Shown in pieces: positions 38,510-47,708 of a stretch of 47,708 nt of DNA (positions are counted from its first letter, which is position 1; each line of letters opens with the position of its first letter). Position numbers and translations under genes: made by a program. This stretch comes from Catajapyx aquilonaris (taxonomy: Eukaryota): contig JYFJ02003019.1 in assembly GCA_000934665.2 (NCBI GenBank), positions 1 through 47,708 of the forward strand, in the 5' to 3' direction. The notes beneath the pieces were generated by a model that had not been told where the DNA came from, searched no databases, and saw only the letters and a list, made by a program, of their open reading frames with translations.

Positions 38510-40732
38510 CGCGAGCTGGGCTCGACACTTTCACGGCTGCTCAACCCAGAAACGCAAGGGTTGACAGAAATGAAGTAAGAGCGCGGATACTGTACATGCA
38601 CCCCCACTCTACGTGTGCACATGCAGGGTGCAAATTATACAATCCGGATATACACACTGACTGGATTTCTAACCGTGAAATTAACGACTTTTTTCCCTTG
38701 CATTATCTCATATTTCCAGCTTCCTTTTAATTTAACTAAACTTCTAGAGTATATACAACTCCATCATCGAATCATCATCATCGTTAATGTCGACATTGTT
38801 ATTTCTACAATACTGAATATTTTTCACAGGCGGCTATCATTTTAGCCCCGAGTGGCGATAAATCCTTGCAGATAATAATGCAATCTTAATGTCTATGTGC
38901 AATTTCCTTGAGGTTGATTTATGGCGCTGCAGCACCAATTCTCCTAATGGCAATAAAAGTTCCACATAAGATGCTTCTCGTTTTGGATTGCTTTCTGGTA
39001 TTAGACAAGGCAAGGCTGCACTTGGCACTAATTAAATTTATAAATAATAAGGTTCACTACCCACGTGCAGTACATGATCCCAGCGGGAGGTGCCACTTTT
39101 CTTTCTATTTCTGTTACAAAGAACAGAAGCGTGGAGGCAGGAGCCGCAGCAACACAACCTTGTGGTTGGGATTAAATGACAGTTAATCCTAACTGAAAAA
39201 TTATGTTTTTTTCTACTATCGGAAGACAAAATAATGTTGTACCAAAACAACAAATGAAATCGCCAATGTGAAGCTTTATTACTGACAAATTACGGTACGT
39301 TTTTATTATGACAACTCGTTATGCAGGCGAGTACCACCAACAACAGTTACTCTGCAATAAATTAGTGTCAAACTTCTCTCCGCATCATTCTGAGCTATGT
39401 ACGGTCTATATACGACAATTTCCCTAAAGTCATACCGGTATAAGCTGTTCTTTTCTCTTCAGTTACGGTCGCTTTGCAAACCATATTGAGCATACAAAAA
39501 TCGGATGCACGACACTTTCAGAGGCACCAAATGTTCAACAGACCGCTACCCTGCTAATTACATGGTCGTCTGAGAGAAAAATCAGATAAATACTAGCTTT
39601 ATTTTGTGTTCAGAGAGGATTACTATACCAGTGTCTCGCATCGCCAAATGCAGCTCAGGTTCCTAATGGCGGGATTTGTTTTTCAAAAACATATTTGCGT
39701 GTTATTCTAACAATCGCAAACTTGGGATGCCTTTAGTATTCGAAGTAAATATTAACTTAAGCTTTGCACACTCGAGAACCGTTGTAACTATAAACTAGTA
39801 TATTGTATACATATAAGTCAGCGACTATACACACTTTAGCCTGATGTATTAATACCCCCCCCCCCCCTCCCCAAGAGTGGAAGTGTCATGTCAGATAATT
39901 TCCGAGGCACCTTGTGTCAAATGCATTACATGACAACTCATGGTCTTGTATCCCTATAAGTCACGGCGTATGAAGTAGAATAGTGCGGGTATCAAGATAG
40001 TGGTTCAGGACTGTAGTTATAGCCACGGTCTTATGTTACAGCCATCGAACCAAACTTCCCTCAAAATGTTCCTTTCCGACCATTCACCTTCAAATACGAC
40101 GAGTTTCCTAATCCAGTTATCAATATATTGGAATTGTGCTTTTCCGCTGCTAAAGTTTACACAAGGTGAGTGACAACTTCTCCTCTTTGCTTTGTGGCAG
40201 GAGGGTCAGATAGAGTGGAATTCTGTTTCAGTGGTAGGGGTTGAGTGGTCCTGTGGGTTGGTTGGAAAACCTGCAATCCACCTATGTTGACGCCACTAGT
40301 GGCGTTAAGCTCAAAAATAGACTCTCAAGCATGACTACGAACCAATTTGACGCCTAGTGCGTATTTCGAAATAGGTTGGCCACGCAGAAGGATGGGTCTC
40401 GGTGCACCGAGCAAAATCGAATCCACAGCATGGCAAAAAAAAAGTGAGTGCAAAATTGGAAGGCAAAGGAGACCAGCACCTGTCTCCTGGTCGATTTCGT
40501 ATAAGAATAAAGCGAAAATGGTTTCTAAGATTTATCGTTTCTGAAGCGAGAGAAAGAAATTCAATTACCTTGTAACGATTGTGGCTGACACGAACGTGAC
40601 ATTTGACGGTATCTTATAATAAAATCTTATGGTCACAGATAACTCAACGACAGTTTCAGATTTAACTTTAAAGGCGTCACTTACCTATCACCTGGCACTG
40701 TATACATGTCCTGAGTGTATAGTATGGTCACA

Positions 40733-40990
40733 AATGAGGGGCGTGGTGGGAAAAGATGATAACCCACAAAAGTGTAATTTTTCAGGAGAGCGAATTTAAG
40801 CTTACATTCTCTTCACAAATCATTAGAGAATTCGGGTTTTGATCTAGTCCATGTTGTCGTCTCATTCATGATACGTGAACTTGGAGTATATACGAAACTG
40901 TTTGTCATGTCTTTCACATAGTTGCTACGTGTTTAGGTCAAAAATGACAAAAATTATGGTTATCACCTTTTTCCATCAGACTCCTCAAAT
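40733..40990. mobile_element. About 260-bp MITE, copy 2 (inverted relative to copy 1)
   Basis: GATAACCCACAAAAGTGTAATTTTTCAGGAGAGCGAATTTAAG is the reverse complement of the 8046-8088 region; similarity continues over the whole length. Confidence 0.85.
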
Positions 40991-41951
40991 GTCATGAAAT
41001 TCTCAGTTGCTGGGTGTTGTCATTAATAAAATTTTATACTGGAAACATATAGGCTACTGAGGACAGGTTGAATTAACTCAAATTAAGAGAAAACGTCTGA
41101 TTATTAATTTATTATGCATGTTGAATACTTATATTTGATACAACCAACCTTTTTTGACACACAGTATACAGAAAAACCTTTCAGAAGTAGAAATTCTTGA
41201 CACCATATTTTGACATCTTGGGCAACACCGGCGTAACAAGTAAGTTACTTTCAAACACTGAAAGTGCCCTGTATTTTCTGCTCACTGGAAAATAACTAAA
41301 TAAGCAGAATATCTGTAATATATGCTCCTGTCTTATTAGACCACCCTGTAAGTTGCAAAATGGAACTGACCACCGTCAAAGTCATGCATAATGCTTTTCC
41401 TGGTTTTGCAAAGCAACTGTCCCCCAAAGCCCAGCCTATATTAAGCACGTCTGTGAAGAGAACTAAAACGGAGTTGCACGCAAGAGGCACGAGACCTGAA
41501 ATACCATTGACATGTTGCACAAAAATATAATTCTCTTCGATCCGCACAGATCAGATAAGTGCTTTGCGGAAATTAAACTCAGATATCTGAGATGGCTACA
41601 GGCAAAAATAAAGCAACTCATAAGTAAACATCAGAACAAGTACGAGTACGGTATATAGATATATGCTAGAGCGAGAAAGCCGCATCACAACTCTTAATGT
41701 GATTCTGTGACTTACTTGTTAGTTCATATACGCTCATAATTGAGAACTTTGATCTATTTCAGTTCAAAACTTTAATCCTTGGAGGAAAATTAAAAAGCAA
41801 ATGTGTAAAGGAACTACAACAGACTCCACTCCCACAATCTATATGAGAATTTGTAACACAAGTGCAAAGTTACGCATAAGTTCCATATAGGGTTCAATAT
41901 AACTTCCATATAACGGGCATAATGGGCAGGTGCCTAGGGTGATGCCTTGGC

Positions 41952-42220
41952 ATATTCCAAGACCAATATGCTCTGCACTTTTCGGCTAAAATTGGTGCTG
42001 CGATGTGCGATGGAAAGTTTTGGCATCATTAAAACTTTAGACTTATAGAGAATATTCTCTATAGGGCAGACTACTCGGGTGGGTGGGGGACAACTATGAC
42101 GTTGGCCTGACCATCAGAATGTCCCGTATCATTCCCATGGTAACGTCACCAAAACTTCATTGCCACCGAACATCTCAAAATGACACCAGCTAAAAATGAT
42201 GTATTTTGGTCTTGCATATA
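41952..42220. mobile_element. Degenerate MITE-like inverted repeat with an internal 20-bp palindrome
   Basis: CAAGACCAA...AAGTTTTGG versus CCAAAACTT...TTGGTCTTG; TATAGAGAATATTCTCTATA at 42044-42063. Confidence 0.5.
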
Positions 42221-43623
42221 GTAGGTCAATGAATCGCTATTATCTGTTCATTATGCAGAAGTCACTCACCACACTGTGTATCGCGGTCAAAGTGAGGTGT
42301 GGGCTTCAATTAGCGATTTTTGTTTTTTTTTTGCCCTGAGCAGTAACTTTCAAAGAGTTGCTTTTAGGAGTTATCATTAAGTTGGATGGACCTGTCCTGT
42401 TTCGAGCCTGAAACCAATGAGCCATTCCCAATCGGGAATTCATTGAAATGCAGGGTTTAAATAGATTATTAAATTCAACATAATATTAGTAGTATTCGTT
42501 AAATAGTTGCCTAGATTAACTGTCACAAAGTAATTTCTTAAAAATAAGCAGAAAAAGGCGAAAAAATTTGGAACACGCTGTACAGTCCGAGAGAGCTCCG
42601 CCTTTCTAGCCATTGCAAAAAAAGAGAGTAAATTGAGTAAGGGCCTACTTCATTTCCCCATAAAATGTTCAATTTGCATATACCTAATATTCACAATCGA
42701 GGGGCTATTTCACGAGGTACCCACAGATTTTTTAATCCGTTTTATGGCAGGAAAAACTTTCAGATGTTCAAATGTTTTATTCCCTCCCCTGTGGCGAAAA
42801 ACCCCTTGTCAAACCTGTCAAAGGGAATTTTCACGTGACTATTATCGATGGTGTTTACAGAAACTTTTAAACACGGTCAAAATATGTTCAACTTTCTCGT
42901 AAACAAAGGGTTCGCTAGTGTCATCATGTATTGCATACAACAAGTAAACATTTAGACATGTCATGGAAAATTAGCTTTGAATTCACACTAATGATAGCCA
43001 TTATAAAATGATATTGTAGTATATTATTGGATAGGTATTGGGACCATGTAATCATATCAGTAAGAGTGTGTAAACGACCAATACGCATCAATGTCTGTAA
43101 ATATTTGTTTCAGTTAGCCAATTAGTAATATAACTAATGCTATAAAGATTGGGGCGGACACTAAAGAAATACAGTATTTTCTATTATTTTCAGATTTGGG
43201 CCGAGTCTCCGTCTGACAACTAGAGTCTTTGAGTGCTTGTCATGTGGCTGCAGCAAGCAAATGGACACTCTAAGTTTGGACCGAGGTCACTCAGTATTTG
43301 TCCCAATTCGACAACGATTTAGAAATGGTGGTCATGCCTCATCCACATACTACATGGATGTTATCATTTTTCAAAAGTTTCTGACCACGTTCTACAAGCG
43401 GTACCGAGCGAAGCCTGCCGAAAGCGAAAAGTTAAAAACTTGGGGAGCTGTTCTTGTTGTTGGTTGGTTCGCTACTCGACTCCGCATATAGATTTCATAG
43501 GTGAATTGACTTCCGCTAAAAATTGTTCCTGCATAAAAGAATACGTCCGATCAATTCCTCAGCTCAGACTGTTTCACCCCTCCTATTTAGGTCACGTTTC
43601 CGATCATTCCAGGAATATATACG

Positions 43624-43626
<3 letters not shown>

Positions 43627-43680
<54 letters not shown>
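43627..43680. repeat. (TA)n microsatellite
   Basis: Direct reading. Confidence 0.95.
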
Positions 43681-43681
<1 letters not shown>

Positions 43682-44111
43682 GGCTATAAGTGAAGCATAT
43701 TCAGAAAGTAAGCTTATAAACTGCACTGACTGCTTTTGACGAGAAATAATAGTTTTCATCAGCTTAATACGTGCTCCTGGCCATTTATTATTTCTAGCCT
43801 ACTTATTTTAACCGTGAAACACATATGCTCTCCCATCAGTGGCCACTACTTGACTGAAGCCAGGCTCCGAAACTTTTCCAAGCCGCAGTGCAGCCCGTAA
43901 CGGAACCAAAATTATACACCATAAAATGGACTAATTAGCCTATACGGAATGGAAATTTAACGCCATCTATTGCCAGAAGTTCAAAGTAGTTGAGAAATAT
44001 AAAAAGTAGCCTTATTAGGGTGGTCTTATTTGGTCCAGATTACAACTCGGGTAGTGAATCACCGCCTTTGCTCAATCCGTAACTTTCACAATCAATAACT
44101 ACATATTATTT

Positions 44112-44369
44112 ACCGAAGCAGGTTGGTGTTGTGGTTAAGGAGTCCGACTTCTAATCGGGCGGTCCTGGGTTCGAATCCCGGGGCCGGAGACCCTGACAGT
44201 TGGTTTTCTGTGGTTTCCCACGGTCCCCCCAGGATAATTCCAAGGTCGCTTCCGTACAAATAGCCCACAGCCACTTCCTTCCCTATATCCTTGGTCCCAT
44301 CCAATGGTGGTACTCCACTCCCCTAATGGAGCGCCGCGCCGTTCTCCCAAATGGGGTATAAACAAAAAC
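44112..44369 (+). mobile_element. tRNA-derived SINE, family E (Arg-TCT-like anticodon arm; body resembles widespread insect SINEs)
   Basis: TCCGA-CTTCTAA-TCGGG anticodon arm, GGTTCGAATCC B box, body GGTTTTCTGTGGTTTCCC...CCAGG...CCACAGCCACTTCCTTCCC; perfect 14-bp TSD ACTACATATTATTT at 44098-44111 and 44370-44383. Confidence 0.9.
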
Positions 44370-45492
44370 ACTACATATTATTTGATGGCGTAACTTGGCT
44401 CTGTTTACTTGTACTGCGTTTGTATGCCGAAGGTTCTCCAAAATGATGGGAGTGGCCTGTATCTCCACTCTTTCCACTTCTTGTTGATAGTCACCTTATA
44501 ACTTTGGCATCATGGTAATTCTATATATATGGTACAGTACGTATGACGGTATGAGGCATTCCACGCTCAACTGGACCCCCCTCCCTGACAAATCTTTTCC
44601 GATTTCGACCAAACCCGAGTATGTTGTTGTACCCATGTTTCTGAGCAGGGCGGGCTCGTTTTGTTTGTCCCTGCGACGTGTGGTTGCATAACTATACAGT
44701 CTGCGAAAGATACCGATTTTTGCCAATTATACGTCCGTCCGCCATCAGTTGGAGGGCCATAACTTCGGAAGGCGCGGTTGACGTGGAATGCCTCATACGG
44801 AATATGCAAGCTGCAAGCTGTAAATTCATCTGAACTATACATTGTCGGTTCCGGATTCTGCAGTGCAGTTTTCAATTGACAATAGAATTTTCAAGAAACC
44901 ACGTAGGCCTACCTATTGAAACGCACCATGTTGGGGTTCTAGCCTACATTTTGCAAACCCATGCAAAGAATTGTCCTTATTTTTAAATGAATTTTGGTGT
45001 TTTCTGTTTGAACTGAGAAATAAATATTAGTTTTCGAGCTATGATCTATCTAAGATCATAATAATTATACGGTACTATCGTATTGCCCTCTGACGTCACT
45101 GTTGTCAAAGGATGGGTGAGAGGCAGGAATGCACCCGGGTTGCTTTGTTCCTTTGTTGCCTAACAACGGAATCGAACGACCGCAAGTAAAGCCGCGAGGC
45201 AAGGGCCTGCTGACGTCACTGTTGTCCCCTTGGTTAGGCAGGAGTGGGAATGCGCCTTTTAGGCCACGCCCCCGTTTTTCCCGCCAAGTTGCGAGTGAAA
45301 TTTAACCCCCCGATAATTTATCGAGGAATGACATTTTGGTGCCGAAAAGTGGTGGAATGCATGTTTATATGTATGGTTGAGCTATTCGTGTAGGCTACAA
45401 ATTACCCAAATCCCAGGCCAAAGCTAGGACCCCATTAGGCGCTTGTGTGCGAACAAAAATATGATTTCTATGAGAAGGCAGGATAAATGAAT

Positions 45493-45740
45493 ACCTCGGG
45501 GGAAGAACGATCAAGGTCCACTTCAGGTGAAACTGAGTAGGCCCTATTCCAATTTTAAATTTCGAAGGCCCATATAAGGTTACATTGCAAATCCCACTTT
45601 CGGGGCCTTCCATTGCGACCTATGATCATTGCTCCACAACCACGACCAAATCATCATATTCTACACTAAGGAAAGGATCTTCTGAGATATGGTGCTCATT
45701 TTTGACAAAGAGTGGACCTTGATCGTTCTTCCCCCGAGGT
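45493..45740. mobile_element. MITE-like element with perfect 30-bp TIRs
   Basis: ACCTCGGGGGAAGAACGATCAAGGTCCACT (45493-45522) and its exact reverse complement (45711-45740); no clear TSD. Confidence 0.75.
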
Positions 45741-47204
45741 CTTCAAATGGTTAATACTTTGCAGACTCTAATTAAACAGATCGTTTTCCTTCTAAATAAT
45801 TATAGGCTATATACGCATTCCAGCAGCCCTGCTTTCTATAAGTACTGTGGAACAAGAATTCATACGCAGTAATTCCGCGAAAGTAACATTAGGCTGGATG
45901 TTTGGTTTCCTCCTTCAGGCGCAGCTGCATTCATCCAGACCCTCAAAGCAATCCCGTCTACGAAACAAACTGCACCCGAGTCTATACTAAATAAGACAAC
46001 ACTGCATCACCGCCGCACTTCAACAACTCAGAAGAAACCCTAACAACCCCACGGGACATGTCACGTTCCTTCAACAGAAACACCCCCAAGGTTTTCGCAA
46101 TCCGGCTCTTGGGGAGCTCCACGAGCATCGTCGAGAAAGGTCACCCGTAGCAACAAAATTGAGTAAAACGTCAACCTGTACATCCCATGCCACAAAAATA
46201 TCGGATGTCCAAAAAAAAAGAGGATTACATATTCTGTATAGGCTGTGCTTTAGTAATCAAAGCTAGTTCAGGAAATATTAGCGCAAGTCAGAAGACTCAG
46301 AACGCAGTATAACTGTCTCTGTTCATGGCGCATGTACTTTGCATCAATTCGTATATGAGATTGATCCCCAAGTACAGTAAAACAAAACGATAAGCCCTAC
46401 AACTGTGGCCTCTTCACAAATGAACTGTAATTAACTTCGAAATTTCCCTCCTGCTCATTTCATTTGCAAACTAATCCATATATGGTTTAATTATAAAATT
46501 TTGTAAGCTAAACGAGCCTATAATCGGCATCTCGCTGTCATTTCACTTCCCAGAAGACCGCAGTGATGTACACGTATACAGAACTATACTACTGCATCTT
46601 TAGCTAATATACGTCGCATGATGAGTTTTTGCCCGGTGTAATGACGATGTTTGACTTCTCAAATAGGCCTATACTTAAAGAAGGGATTCAGTTTGCGTTG
46701 GAGAAATATTATCGTTGTGGTGCCGATATTTTGCTTCACGCGTGAACTGTATACCCAACAGCCTCCACCGTGGCTTCCAAGCACCTGTGGCCCCATGACA
46801 CTTCTATATACTGTGTGCTCCTTGCTCTTCGACCGAAGCCTTTAATCATCTTCCCAGAACGCCAACCTTGCTCTCCGACCTTTTATATGCTTGCACACAG
46901 AGTACCCTCACCTTACTATACGTACTGTACGTATAACTAACAGCACGGGACACTTCACAAAATCAATTCGGATAATAACACCAACGCGGTTCTGTCAGGA
47001 GCTCTAACAGCAGGTAGAGTATACTCCTACATTCGCACATATAAACTATTATGCTGTTGATATCGTGCGTGGACCTAAACCCAACCTCTGGAATATGCGG
47101 AATATTATTTTGTCAACAGTATGGGTACCTATAGTGATCAAGTCATTGACCGCGTACCACTGCATTTCCTCTTGATAACATGCGCATTTCATATCCTTCA
47201 AGTA

Positions 47205-47438
47205 CGTGCAGAGTTCGGGGTCATCTCTGGCTTCGTCTCGGGTGGGATTTCCGATAGACTAACCACCCGGGGAGTTCACAAAATGACCAAAGCAACGACA
47301 TTCCATTGCACTTTGCACATCCCCTCCTGTCATCCTGCCCGTGGGCCCGGGCGCGCGCTTCAATTAATAGGTTCCACTGTATAATGGTTCAATAAAGGTC
47401 CGTGTGATATACCCCCAATGGCCCCAAACCCATGATTA

Positions 47439-47502
<64 letters not shown>
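47205..47502 (+). mobile_element. SINE family B, 5'-truncated copy
   Basis: Aligns to 18908 onward; (ATT)n tail; TSD ATATCCTT[C/A]AAGTA at 47191-47204 and 47503-47516. Confidence 0.9.
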
Positions 47503-47506
<4 letters not shown>

Positions 47507-47708
47507 CCTTAAAGTAGAATAACAAATTATGTCACCAGATATTGAACAGTGTTGGAAAAAAAAAATTGCATTGTACCCCCGCAAGCAGCGTCAAGCGGCC
47601 AGACCAGGGCCGAGGCTGTCTCGAGTTGAACTCGAGGATGCGACTCTGCCTGACGTCAAAATGGCGTATGCAGACCAATCCGGGGCAGGGAGGCACCCAG
47701 CCTACGTC

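Noticed and set aside
44112..44190. Genuine tRNA genes (this and the other A/B-box heads)
   Set aside because: Acceptor stems do not pair, and each head runs into a SINE body, tail and TSD.

Overview
Eukaryotic, AT-rich, repeat-dense genomic DNA, most likely from an arthropod (inferred from a 62-nt intron, TATA/Inr promoter, CAAAATG start context, a cuticle-protein-like product and the SINE types). Only one protein-coding gene is well supported: a three-exon minus-strand gene (CDS 38417-38406, 38343-38230, 37515-37285) for a 118-aa secreted Gly-rich / (HK[IV]PVV)n low-complexity protein. The rest is intergenic or intronic DNA holding at least eight SINE insertions from five tRNA-headed families (labelled A-E here, most with readable target-site duplications), one TSD-flanked retroposon containing the structurally intact 3' half of U2 snRNA, many MITE-like inverted-repeat elements, perfect palindromes and microsatellites. 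The most unusual signals are (1) the U2-3'-domain retroposon, (2) the U1A/U2B''/SNF-type ATTGCAC motif recurring on the sense strand of three SINE families, and (3) a 3'-terminal nested stem-loop conserved in structure but not sequence across all five SINE families. No prokaryotic features, rRNA, CRISPR or intact transposase/RT ORFs were seen. Family assignments rest on recalled consensus sequences, not on database searches.
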